Of a stretch of DNA of 44,036 nucleotides, positions 1 through 11,910 are shown one piece after another. Every line of letters begins with the position of its first letter. Position 1 is the stretch's first letter. The DNA comes from Guillardia theta CCMP2712 (lineage: Eukaryota; Protista; Cryptophyta), in NCBI RefSeq assembly GCF_000315625.1, contig NW_005434634.1, positions 35,110 through 79,145 on the forward strand, written 5' to 3'. The notes under the pieces are model-generated. The model made no database searches. It saw only the letters and a list, made by a program, of their open reading frames with translations, and was not told where the DNA came from. Both the position numbers and the translations under genes were made by a program.

Positions 1-1573
1 GAGGAATGAAAGACATACCAGTGGGATGCGAAAGTCAAGGATGAGACGTATTGCGAGTAGCTGTCTCCTGTGCCTGATCCTGTGACCAGCACAAGATCGA
101 TCCTCTCCAGCTTCCTCTCCTCCTCCTCCTCCTCCTCCTCCTCTCCACATATAGTCGAATCTCCCTCCACCCTCGCCCCTCTTCCCTGCTTGGACGGGAT
201 GACCAAGAACGGCTGTTCCCGCATGGACAAGGATCTTGCTGGCAAGGCGGCGGGAGGGAACTTGCCGTATTCTTCGTCTAGCAGCGGCTCAAACCTGTAG
301 GCGATAGGATCCGTAGGATGGAAGATGTTGAAGAATTTCGCTCCTCCTGGCAGAGAGAACTCAGTGGCTCCTTTGGGCCATGACTCCGATAGGATGTCCC
401 CCCTGACCTGTAGCGCACAGTCACACAGCTCAGCAGTAGGCTAGGTAGGTCTCTCACAGTCAGGAACATGGCGATCGGCGAACCCACCGCAAACAGGTTG
501 TCAACCTTGAAGTCCAGCTTCGGCCAACGCCACGACTCCTCAAGGTCACCCGCTCCGCACTCCTCTCCGAGCCCCTCTCCTCCTTGGCCCTGGAAGTCTC
601 CCCCCTCCCCCTCCTGCTCGGTCTGCTCCACCTGATTGGCTAGGAGGTCGAAGGCGATGAGCGAACCGAGGGAGTGGCAGAAGAGAGAAACTTTCCCGCT
701 AAACTTGGGATACTTGGCCACATACTCCTTGTACTTAATATTCAAAAGGTTGGCCACCGCATCCAAGATTTTGTACTTGTACAGTGGGCTGGTGTAGTAG
801 AGAGTGTCGTATGTTGACTCGCATGCCATGTCACGCAGAGCGCGGACAGTGCCGAGCATGATCTGCGACAAGATCTCCTTCGGAACCCTTGGAACGATCC
901 TGTGCCAGTCTATCACATCCACGGCCATCGTCATCGGCCTCTCCTCAAGGTGTTTCCTCGCCATCTGTTCGCTGTTCTTCCTCATCGTCTGCAGGTACTC
1001 GTTCTGCACGTTCTCCTTCACAGCAACTCCGTGGATGCAGATGAGAAGATGGTCAATCAGCGCGTCCTCTGGTAACATGCCTGCATCTTTTGCTTCCACC
1101 GCAGGCCCTTCGTTCCCTCCTTTCCTGTCTTTGCCCTTCACGTCCATCTCCCTCTGCAGCGCATCGTCAAGGCTGCTGAAGCTTTCATTGAGGTTGTCGT
1201 CTGCGATGGCCTTGACGAACGGACACTCTGCGTTGCAACGGCAATGCTCATACATTGGGTTATCATGCTTGTCCCAGCTGTACAGAGCTCTGTTGCAGCT
1301 GAAGCACACGCAGCGGTCGACATGCTCGGCATCTGGGCAGTAGTAGAAGCCAGCTTCAGCAAGATCCTTCTCTGACAGGGGATAGAGACGTTCCTTGGGG
1401 AAGGAAGCTGATGTAGATGGCGAGATCCTCCACTTGAGCTGGAACGATTCTAGCCTTCCTTGCACTGTGTCCAGATCTCTGAATGGGACGATCCTTCCGA
1501 GGGAGAAAGCAGCGAAATCAACCTCAACCATATCATGATGCGAGTGTCCATAGCCTCTACGGGAGTGGCTCAT
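1..1573 (-). CDS. BIR domain + DDHD-type (PA-PLA1 family) phospholipase A1; 3' end runs off the window
   Basis: N-terminal RLESF...LAEAGFYY...CFSC-x16-H-x6-C is an exact BIR zinc-ligand spacing. It is followed by LLICIHGV, lipase motif FCHSLG and NLFAVGSPIAMFLT. After a ~50 nt GT-AG intron (~408-457) the frame reads FFNIFHPTDPIAYRFEPLL (DDHD domain). Another donor lies near position 19. Confidence 0.88.
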
Positions 1574-2400
1574 TGTAGTTCGTCGGGAACGAGTCTGATC
1601 TGTCGTTACGTGGCCATACCTTGCGAGGAGGCGTTGTTATAGATCGAGTCTTGTTTCTTTCACCAAACTTCTCGTGCATTCATGCTTTTCCTCGGATCCT
1701 TGCATCAATTTCAGAGGAGCTGCTTCGCGTTTACGCCAACTAGCCTCAACGAGATCTTATCTTGCTATCTACGTCCCCACTGGGGATGTCAGAAGGATCG
1801 TTCTCGACTGATCTAGGTCTTCTCGATCTTTCTCCTAGCTCTTCTCCTCAATCCTTTCGCCATGTTCCCCTCTGTGTCTAGCGTCTTCATCCCCTTCCTC
1901 CCTTCCCCTTCCTCCTTCCCCTTCCCCTCACCCTTCCACCACCCACCTCAGCTTCGTGTTGCCCGACATGGAAATCGCCTAAAACGTTATATGTATAAAA
2001 CTGTTTAACCAGTGATAAATAAAATTATACATTAAAAGTTAGTTAACAACAACTTTGTATCATAATGGCCAAACCAATATAGGGCACCGGTACACTTTTA
2101 AAATATACATAAAACAAATCCGTTACGGATGGTACATTGCCCGTTACTGTCGCTGACGCAGGCGCTATGCTGAAGGGAGGAGGAACGAACTAGGACCGAA
2201 GAGAAGGGAAGCGAGGGAGTAGAAGAGGGCAGGAGAGTTGGGAAGGGATAGAGAGCTAAGGAGTGATGGACAAGGATAGATGGTGAGAGCACCGAAGCAA
2301 ACGGTCGTTGTGATTTCGCACTTGCAGCCAGATCGCATGGTCGAGGAACAAGGTGATGAAGTAAGACAGAAAGTGATCAGGAAAGCAGACGATATGAGAG

Positions 2401-2556
2401 AAACAGTGATGTAGAAACCTGTCTTGGCTGATTCTATACGTGAAGACTTCTTAAACAGTGATGTAGAAACCTGTCTTGGCTGATTCTATACGTGAAGACT
2501 TCTTAAACAGTGATGTAGAAACCTGTCTTGGCTGATTCTATACGTCAAGGCTTCTT
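2401..2556. repeat. Tandem repeat, 3 x 52 bp
   Basis: AAACAGTGATGTAGAAACCTGTCTTGGCTGATTCTATACGTGAAGACTTCTT at 2401, 2453 and 2505; the third copy has 2 substitutions. Confidence 0.95.
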
Positions 2557-2681
2557 AACGACACTCGATGATTCTAAAAGCGTTCTCTCAGGTCACCTCG
2601 GCCGAAAACCCGAGGATTCATTGAGAGATACTATCACCCTGCTGAACGGATAAGCCTTCAGTAGCTAGTTATCAGCTCACC

Positions 2682-3489
2682 ATGATCAAGGGGATTCTGG
2701 TGATCAATAATCATGGCAAGCCTCGTCTAACGAAGTTCTACGAGCATCTGGTAAGAGGTACTTGATGTTGGCTCAGTATGTGATGCCCCGCGTTCTTTCC
2801 AGCCTGTGGAGCGACAACAGCAGATGATAAGGGAATGTTTCACTCTGATCTCAAAACGTTCTGATCGCGTCTGCAACTTTCTTGAAGATGTCGGGGCGTA
2901 AGTTGACTGGAGGAAGGACCGGTCGTTTGCCACTGTCCTGACCGTCATGGGTTGCAGGTGGTCGAAGGACACGAAGCTTGTTTATCGCGTTTATGCCACC
3001 CTCTACTTCATCTTCGTCGTCGATGGCTCAGAGTCCGAACTTGGTAGGCTTGTCTCGTCTCACTCTTGTGTCTCACTCGCCATTGCAGGAATTCTTGACC
3101 TCATCCACGTATTCGTTGAGAGTTTGGATCACGTAATAACCTTTCCAGCTTGTCTCCCCTGCCCCTGCATGCGATGTTGAGACTGTTGTGCAGGTTTTCG
3201 AGAACGTCTGTGAGCTGGACTTGATCTTCCACACCGACAAGGTCTGCATGCGAGATGTCGGCTCCTCCTCGCTCCTCATCCTCCTCAGGTTCATCATATC
3301 TTGGATGAAATCGTGATGGGCGGGATGGTGCTGGAGACTAATCTGCAGGAGATTCTGACAGCGGTAGGTGGAGTCGATCATGTTAGCAAGGGAATGAGTG
3401 ATGAGCAGGTGAAGGAGCAGGAAGAGCTAGAGACCAAGGGGAGCAAAGTTGCATCAGCCAAGTTGAAGCTGAAGAATCAGCTGCGGTAA
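2682..3489 (+). CDS. AP3S: AP-3 adaptor complex sigma (small) subunit, multi-exon
   Basis: Spliced product MIKGILVINNHGKPRLTKFYEHL / QQQMIRECFTLISKRSDRVCNFLE / KLVYRVYATLYFIFVVDGSESEL / GILDLIH / FENVCELDLIFH / ILDEIVMGGMVLETN. Introns are ~50 nt GT-AG (e.g. 2751-2802). NNHGKPRL and MGGMVLETN are typical of sigma-3. Confidence 0.93.
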
Positions 3490-3769
3490 GTTGATGATGA
3501 TTCAGAGAGCAGCTGGTGATGATGGAAGGGAGAGGGTTAGAGATGATGGTATGATGGGGATGATCTTGGGACATCAAGAAACGAGAGCAGATATTGAAGT
3601 TGTTTGGCAGCGAGTGACCGGTCTGCGGGAGTTGCAAGGAGAGTCTGCGGTGCCCGACGAGGGAGGGCGGGGGGGGGGGGGGGGTGTTGGAAGGGAAAAA
3701 AAAAAGGCAATCTTGTCATTTTCTGTTTGTTCTATCAATTACAAGTCATGGCTGCAGTCGGAGTGGGGT

Positions 3770-6136
3770 TCAGCTCATGTCCTTGCTCAGAGGCGTCAAC
3801 TTCCCTTACACCCCTTCCTCCTGCTCACCTTCCGATAGCCCACGCGCTCAGTAGCGAAATTCCGAAGTACCAGGCGGCCTGCGGAAGCATCAGCGGCCCC
3901 GTCATGCTTGGTCACCCGTACCATGGTACGCTTCATCCTCGCTCTCGCCCCTTCTCTCCCCCCCTCCGCAGTGCAGTCGACAGTGAGCGCCATTGATGCA
4001 GTAGCACCACTGCTGCCAATAGGATGTTCTTGTTGAAGCTTTGGAGGAGAGGAGGGAGGAGAGGAGGAGGGGAGAGGAGGAGAGGGAGGAGGAGGAGAGG
4101 GAGGAGGAGGGTCGACAGCTAGCATGCCTCCAATTCTGGTCTTTTGATCTAGCAGTGCAGAAATCTGTAGGTGGATGACGATCAGAACAAATCATGTGAA
4201 GGAGAGGAGAGCGGAGGACATCTAAGAGGAGGAGCAGATGGGGGTAAAGAGTAGCAGGAGAGTAGCAGGAGGAAGCGAGTGAAAGAGAGGGAGGAGGGAG
4301 ATGGGATGGGAAGGGAGGAGTTGCTGGAAGGATGTAAGGAGAGTTGAGCTGACCTGTGTCTTCAGATCATTCACTTCTGCCCTCAGCCCGCTTTCTCCTT
4401 CCAACGTTGACCGAATTGCTGGGGAGAAATCAGAAGAAGAAAGGCGATGTAGGAGGAAGAGGAGGAGAGGGAGAAAATGCAGGGCAGTTGAGCAACGGGA
4501 AGAGAAGGTACCAGTGAGATTTGATTGGACGATAATTCTTTCCCTCGTTCGCAGCAGATACGTCATTCTGCAAGGAGAATGAATGCAGTGAAGATGAGCA
4601 CTATGCAGTCATGCTAACAAGAAGATTATGCTGTTCGCAAACAAGATGCCGATGGTACTCCACATAGAAAGTTGTCGTATCCTGTCAGTCCTGTTGTTTT
4701 TGAAGTGTACACAAGTGGTCAAAAATGTTGATCTCCTTAAGTTTCAACTACCATAATTGTTCTTCGTGGAATCGTTTCCGAAGTCCTTCCATGAGTTCTC
4801 TACAAGGTTATTCATTGTGGGACGAGCAGACAATAGAGCATATCGGCATACCTCAGAGCAGATTCCACAGCAGCCTCCCTGGGAGTTTTGCATCAGTCTT
4901 CAGCATGATGTACAACACAAGGAGGGTCGTCTCCTCCACTCACGAATTTCGAATCTTTCTTTGAAACTCATGCAGAGAAATTCCCAGATTGCGCTGGAAA
5001 AAAGAATTCAGCAAACGATACAACCCTGCATGATGATGCGATTCAAAGATATCAATCGTTTCATGTCTCACTTCTTGAGCAAGTAAATCTTGGTATCGGC
5101 AGAACTGTATCTCGTCAGTACAGCGATGGCATTCACCTCAACTTCACCTGCGCATCCGTCCAAGCATGCTTTGTCACTGCAAGAGCTGTGATTTCATTCT
5201 GCGTCCTCCTGCAGGGATGGGATGGTGAGTTCAAGATACCGACAAGTCTGTCATGCCTATGCTCCTGGTCTGTCTTATCGAAATCAGATCTTGCGGCTCG
5301 ATATTCCTCCTGGAGAACATGTTGGGATGGCGAACAGCAGCATTTTCACTGCAGGTCTTCACGATCTTAAGCCATCAAACTCACTTGTGACTTGCGAAGA
5401 TGGACTTCAAGGTCAGTGATGGCGTGTTTCAACTTCTCCACCTAGCCGCCTTCACATGTTGAAATGACATGACAGATACCTCACCTCCGTCCACCCACTC
5501 TTGTCGTTGATGTAGAGGATTGCTTGCTCAATGGCAGGTTGAAGTTTCTTTCTGTTTCGTTGCATCTCAGAAGGAGAAATTGGAGAGATGCAACGCGATG
5601 TTGTACCTCAGCACCTTGCCAACAGCTTTGGTTGTCCGTGAATATTGGTCCTTGAAGAATTCAGAGCTTGTTTCTTGAACTTCTTGCTTGTTCATCTTTG
5701 CGAATGGTGGCAAATTTTGTATGAATGTTTTCAAGGACATCTTGTTGGATTCATCTTGTGGAAGAGAGTTCTCGACCTGACTTTCTGGTCTCTTTACACT
5801 CGAATCTTCCACGTTCTCCTTCACGTTCTCCTTCACAGACGCTTTGCAGTCTGCAGAGATGTTTGGCCCCGCAGCTTCGCTCAAGATCTGATCGATAGAT
5901 CGAGGAGGTAAATCGTGGAATTTCTCTGCCTCCTTGGTCTTTTCGAATCCATTGTCTTGTTGCATTGGTTTCTTGTTGAAATGTTCATGATGATAGATGT
6001 CATCGGCATTTTGCTGTTTGTTCTCATAATGTTCCTTCAAGCGAACGCTACAATCTATTCTGAAAGATCTCCTCTCAAACCTGCTCCCTGACTGCAACAA
6101 ACTTCGTTTCACTACCGTTTGCAGCCGTCGGATCAT
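3770..6136 (-). CDS. SHE9: Mitochondrial inner-membrane She9/Mdm33 family coiled-coil protein, multi-exon
   Basis: Arg/Ser-rich N-terminus (MIRRLQTVVKRSLLQSGSRFERRSF). Spliced exons read YINDKSGWTEVEKLKHAI, RRTQNEITALAVTKHAWT and LRKRFHEEQLW-TDRIRQLSMWSTIGILFANSIIF, matching the She9 motifs NDxxGYxxIExLK, QxEVNELLxRKHxW and RYHEEQIWSDKIR + TM. The 3' end is approximate. Confidence 0.8.
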
Positions 6137-6326
6137 TTTTTTGTGTTATTTGCAGTGATCGAAGTAAAGAATCCCACGAGTTATGAAGATATTCTGTCAC
6201 TTTCAAACACACGCACACATAGGTCTTCCTATTATCTCTCCCTTCTTCGCTCTCTCCCTTCTCCTCCCCCCCTTCTCTCACTATCTTTTTTCTTCGTCAT
6301 TTTCTACTTTTTCGCCGCCATGGAAT

Positions 6327-6910
6327 CGGGGCAACGGGGGTCGAATTGAACATTCTGGGGTGGTATATCATTTCGAAATACAATTAGGGGTGGGGTACAC
6401 AATGTAGGGGTACTTCTGTTTTTCAATCACTTACTACCAGTCAAGGAAATGTCATGTTCAGCGAAAAGTAGGGGTAGTCTCTCCTTATGGGGGTAGGATA
6501 CCTGAAAACTAGTGAGTGAAATTGGGTGAGGGTAACCGAGTCCTTGAAAATCATGGGTGGGGTACTTTGCTTACATCGTGGGTGGGGGTCCTCTGGACTG
6601 AGCGAGGTTTGAGGCATTGGTGGGTATTCAGCAGAGGAAAAAGGGGTACATGAAACGTAGTGGGGTGGGGACATGTTGACCACAGGGTTCATGAGTTTGG
6701 ATCAAGGGGTAGGGGTATTGACAATGAGGTGGGGGTAGTCAATGCCAGCTAGGGTGCAATAACCTACCCCATTGCTAAACTTGTAGCTTTTATGAATATG
6801 AGGGGTAAAAGTATCACTAGCTCAAAAAGTTGTTGGTAGGGGTACTAATTCCGACACTCTACCAGGTGGGGTGATGGTGCACAAATGGTGCCTGGGGTGG
6901 GGGGTGGTGG
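6327..6910 (+). promoter_or_regulatory. GGGGT(A/G)-rich intergenic block between divergent She9 and Tic20 genes
   Basis: About 20 GGGT/GGGGTA/GGGGTG runs, almost all on the + strand, with no credible ORF. Function unknown. Confidence 0.45.
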
Positions 6911-7428
6911 AGATTCGCGGATCATGGCGGCCGCTGCGAAGTTCACGATGGCGATGGCGATGGCGATGGCGATGGGAACCGAGGTGATGAGGATGGAGAG
7001 GAGGCTCAAGATGAAGAGAGTGTACGAACAAGATGCGCATGGCTGAGAGAAGAGCATGATTTTGATAGAAGAAAGTGGAAGGATTATGCTAATTAAGACA
7101 CTGTGTTACACGAGCTAGGGAATGAGGCTTGTAGAAGGAAGGGATCCCAGTGCATATAAGCTGAAGATGGAAGATGGATAGAGAGATGCAAGAAGGTAGG
7201 AAGGAAAGGATACGGAATGAGAAGATGTGAAGAAGGGCATGGCAGAGTCGTTTCTCTCTGAGAAATTGGAATGTTCTCCAGTTGCATTATGCGAGGATGA
7301 AAAATGTTACAGAAGAGCGTGAAACAGTCTGGCTGGTCTGTTCAGATGGATGAGGGATAGCAAGTAGCGCAGAGAACACAAATGATGATGAAGGAGAGAA
7401 GTGACTACTGCCATGACACTGGTGACAG

Positions 7429-8831
7429 GCTTTTGTCGGGGTGACTCGTTTCTCGACTACACTTGCAGTCCCATCTTCTTCCCTGCAGCTGGGCTTCCGT
7501 GAGGTGAGAGGAGGAAGATTATGAAAGAGAAGGAGGAGGATGAGGAAGGGGAGGGAGAAGAGGGGGGTTACGATGGGGATGGCAATTACGAAGATGATGA
7601 TACTAAGCTGGTTTCTGACTCATCCAACGCAGAGGCATCCGCTTCGTCTGGCTCCTGTCTCTGCCAGGAGGGATCGAGTAGCGAAGCAGGACATCAGCAT
7701 GAACATTGTCAAGGAGGGAGCGCTCAGAGTTGTCTCGTAAGTTCTCACTTTCTAGTTGACTTCTACCATTCTTTTTGCCCTAGTATGAATGTTTCAAACT
7801 TTCTTGTTGAGAAAGAACGACGAGCAAGTCTGAATTGTGCACACAGATGCCTGCCTTACATTCTCCCTATGATGGACTCTCTGAGCTATGGTCGTTTCCT
7901 CTTCCAGAAGGTGCGTGTGAGTGCTTGCAGGGAGCGCGTCCTGACGTGAATCTTCAAGATCCCCCTCTTGGCTTTCATCTTCATGAAGCCGCTGCAGCCA
8001 TTCGTCGAGCTTGCACAGGTAACAGCAGACGAGGATGAGGAAAGGAGGAGGATTGGAGAGGAGAGACGAGAAGGGGGAAGGAGAAGGTAGGAGTAGAGGG
8101 CAGAAGAGGAAAGCAGATGGGAACAGCGAAGTGGAGGGGAGCAGGAGGGGTGCGGGATGCTCTTTGCGTTGGATGATACTTTGCTGCAAGGCCTTCCCCA
8201 TGATCTCCTTCGTCGCTTTCCTCGGCCTCTTCCTCTTTGTCGTTCGCAACCGCAAAGTTCCTCGCTTCATCCGGTAGCCTCCTCCTCGAGCTGCCGGGGG
8301 AGCTTGTGACATGTTTGCGGCAGCTTCAACACGATGCAGGCACTGCTGCTGGAGATCCTCTTGATCTTTCCTCAGATCCTCACGAGCGGCAACATGGGTG
8401 GCCTCATCCCCTTCGTCTTCACCGAGTTCGTCTCCAACATGACCTTCTATGCCATTGCCGCCATCGTTGGTGAGGAAGAGGCGATGTGGAGGAAGAGCTA
8501 CGGGATTGGAGGAGGGAGGAGGAGGGGAGGGAGAGGAGAGGAAAGGAGAGGAGAGGAGGAGGGGGGATGGGGAGGGGATCTTGTTCAGCATGCCTCGAGG
8601 TTGAGACCTAACACTGTCATAGGGTACTCCTGCATCTCCAACCTCCGCGGGGAGCTGCCTTGCAAGATCCCGGTACATTCTCACTGCCCTTTCAATGCTC
8701 CGTTCCTCCCTCACTTCCTCCTCCTACTGCCCTGCTCCTCTGCCGGTCTTTATTGGTCTGACTCTTTCCTACAGGTCATCTCCACTGCTGTCTTCCAGCA
8801 GATCGGAGGAGGAGCTGGATTCGACGACTAG
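7429..8831 (+). CDS. TIC20: Tic20/Ycf60 family plastid protein-import channel, multi-exon; start codon not resolved
   Basis: Spliced exons CLPYILPMMDSLSYGRFLFQK, FVAFLGLFLFVVRNRKVPRFIR-FNTMQALLLEILLIFP and GYSCISNLRGELPCKIP-VISTAVFQQI. FIRFNTMQA is the Tic20 signature. The upstream exon AFVGVTRFSTTLAVPSSSLQLGFR looks like a transit peptide. Confidence 0.87.
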
Positions 8832-8984
8832 ATGTTTCTTCTCTTTCACTTCACGAGCATTTCACATACACTCTAAAGACATCACCTTTCCCTCTGCATC
8901 CCCCCCCCCCTCCGCCCCTCCTGTTGTATCCTCTTGTCCTGCCCTCTCTCTTGCCCTTTCCTCCCCGACTTCTTCCTCCTAGTT

Positions 8985-11597
8985 CTACGACACAAGGAAG
9001 TACTCCTCGTCCGTGCACGAAACCAATCCTTTCCCCAGCAGCCCGTCGAGCCACTCGTGTACCTGCTGCATGTGAGCTGGGCCCTTCAGTCATGTGCTGA
9101 CGTCACCTGTCTTGGCTTCACCTCCACCTCGTAGGTCTCGTGCAGTTGTCGGATGATGTCATCAACAGTCACGCCCTGGAGGAGAAGCAGTGAGGTGCAG
9201 AGAGGGAGAGGGAAGTAAGAAGGAAGGAGGGAGGAGAGAGAAGGGAGGAGGGATAGTAAGGGCAAGAAAGAAGGAGAGGGTCAAGACTAGAAGAGAGAGG
9301 AATGAGTCGACTCTGAAGGTGAGACAAGGGGAGGGCAGGATGAGCTTCGGTTCACATTTTGCTCTCCTTTCGTCTGCGAGATCGAATAAATGACCTCTAG
9401 CACCTACCAATGAATGTCAGCTCATCACCAGAGCTTTGCTCAAGCTTATCTCTTCCCCTCCTCCTCCTCTTCCTCCTCCTCCTCACCTCGTCCTCCATGT
9501 GTATGGTTTCTTCTACTGCAGAGACTGAGGGGATGGAGAATCAAATGCAATCCGTTCCCTCCTCCTTCACACCTTCGTTCCCTCCTTGTGCTGTCCCCGC
9601 TGTCCCCCAGTCAGACTCCATCGGCTTCCGATCGATTTCTGCCGACGAAGGGGATTTCTTCTCGAATTGCTGAAGAAACGCTTGGCAAGCTTCGTCTGTC
9701 TGCAAGACCTGGATGCTGGCAGTAAGGACGGGGAGTGTCGGAGGAGGGTTGGGAGTATACAGCAGCAGGAATTCCTTCCTGGTGCTTCTGGGCGAAGTAA
9801 ACAGACTGAGAGAAGGCGTCAGAGCAACCAGAGGTGGTCAAGTTAGGAGACGAAGAGGCTGTAGGGTTGAGAAGAGGATTGCAGGGGGAAAAGTGAGATA
9901 CCAATTAGGCAAATGGGAGATGCTGTTTATGGGGAGTGAGTGAGTGAGTGAGTGAGTTGGCGAAGGAGAAGGAGGGGAAGTAGAGAAGAGAGGAGGAAGG
10001 GCAGTTGCGAGGTTTTACCTTGAGCAAATTCTGCACTGAGGGTTTTCCGGAGCTGGTTGGGCGCGTCACGCAACACCGCGAGGAGGAAGACAAGACCTCT
10101 CGTCGGACGACAGAGAAGAAATCAAAGATTGAATTCCAACGTTTTGCTGAGAAACAGAGAATGATGACATGAAAAAGTTTGAGTTCGGAGGAGTGAGGAA
10201 TGAAAGAAAGGGGAGCGCAACTCAGGCAAGAATACTCGTCACGTACAGGATTTGAAAACAAGGTCCCTTGAGATCTTCGCCTCTTGACCTGAGTGAATCA
10301 AATCATCCCCTACTAACATTTGCAACGCCCTGCCTCCCTTTAGCTCGTCTTTACCCCCTGCCATTTCCCATCTCCCGCCTCTCGAACCTACCGCAACGGC
10401 ATTGTCGATCCATCGAGACATAGTATCCTGAGACAGACTCAACCATCTCACCTTCCTCTTCTCCCCACTTTCCCTCCCTCCCACCCTCCCTCCCTCCCTC
10501 CATGCATACATCCTTTCCTTCTCTCCATCCTACTCGCCCCCCTTCTGCCACCGATCTCCTCACCCTTTGCACCATCGCCTCCCGTGGAAGGGGAATCCCA
10601 GTTTGCAGCGAGAGGGTCTGAGCATATCTTGGAAGAAACAATCACAAGAGAGTTCAGGAGAAGGATGGAAATACTGCAGCTGTCGCGGAGTCGGTTCAAG
10701 AATTTCTCCCACATCGTTGTCATCTCTGAAGAAAGCGATCCTCAGCTTTTCATCATCACCAACATGATTGTTGTTGTTGTCGTCCCTATCTACATCTTTC
10801 ATCCATCCATCAATTACTTCCTCTCCACCATGAACGCCATCGCCACCATCACCACAAGACTCTCGCCTGTTTGTTTTAATCGCCGGATCTTCGTTAGATG
10901 ATAGTGGGTGTGATTGATAGTTCTGCAAGAAACGCAGGGATCTAAGGAGATGCAGTACAAACGATCATGCAGCTCATCCTGCTGCTCACCTGTGACCTGC
11001 TCTGCGAAAGCTTCATGTCTGATTCTTCCTTCAACTGTCAACAACATTTCACATAGTCAATGTCCCATTTTCTGTTATCATCAGCGCTCACCCAACTTAT
11101 GACTCTGGAGCACTCTGATTTGGAGTTATAGGCCTGCACGGGGACCTCCACACCCTGAACACATCAGCCGTAAGAAGCGAACAATACGCCGATGGATCAC
11201 AGACCATTCTTTCAGCTAACAGCTTCACGAACGCAAGTTGTTTCGCTGAAGATTCGTCATCAAGAAACAGGTCGTGACCGATTCATGAACATCTCTGAAC
11301 CTGTAGGTGGAGAGTCTATGATAACTGGTTGCATGCTGGCGGACTGGTCCTCATCGAATTGTGATCCATCACCTATGAGAAATGGGGTGATCGATTGTAG
11401 GCAGAATAAGCAAACAGCAGGAACCTACCTACTGACGAACTCTGAGAGCGAAACAATGCCCTCCCCATGATTGCTTCGAATTTTCGTGGCGGAGATGCTG
11501 CAAGGACATAAGTCAAAGTACAATCTGCCGCGTCAGAGGCGACAAGCAGGAGGAGCAACAGCAGGAATACTTGAGGAGCTGGATCTCTTGTTTTCAC
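8985..11597 (-). CDS. Hypothetical protein: signal-like N-terminus, three ~40 aa helical repeats, C-terminal winged-helix-like domain; multi-exon, start unresolved
   Basis: Hand-spliced via GT-AG introns: FLLLLLLLVASDA...; PPTAKQLAFVKLLAERMGVEVPVQAYNSKSECSRVISWL; EPTPRQLQYAQTLSLQTGIPLPREAMVQRDTMSRWIDNA; KPSVQNLLKSVYFAQKHQEGIPAAVLQTDEACQAFLQQF; C-terminus GVTVDDIIRQLHETYEVEVKPRQVHEWLDGLLGKGLVSCTDEEYFLVS*. Confidence 0.65.
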
Positions 11598-11759
11598 CTG
11601 TCGCTCGAAACTTTCCGCCTGATGGCAGGAGTTGACACGTCTTCTGCTTGAGGACGAGACGTCCTGTGACCGCTGAACACACCGTTGCTTTCACTGTCGC
11701 TCCTCCTGCTCCTCCTAGCCACCATCCCCGCATCGCAAGCATTGTGTCCCCTGCTTCTA

Positions 11760-11910
11760 CCCCTGGTAGCAATGTGGGGCAACGGGGGTACATGAATATC
11801 GCAGGGGTACCTTGAGTGACAGCCAGAGGGGTACTTCGTGCTTGGAGACCCCACGGCCAGGCCCATTGGGTGGGGACAATGGGGGTGGGGGTAGGGGAAG
11901 AAACAGGGGG
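11760..11910 (+). promoter_or_regulatory. GGGGTA-rich intergenic block upstream of GGT
   Basis: Repeated GGGGTA/GGGGTG runs. Shares GGGGCAACGGGGG with the block starting near 6327. Confidence 0.4.

Noticed and set aside
2401-2556. Possible CRISPR array
   Set aside because: The repeats are contiguous with no unique spacers, there are no cas genes, and the context is eukaryotic.
5485-5545. Plus-strand PTLVVDVEDCLL resembling a Tim50/NIF phosphatase motif
   Set aside because: It is the antisense of a She9 exon, and no other HAD motifs follow on the + strand.
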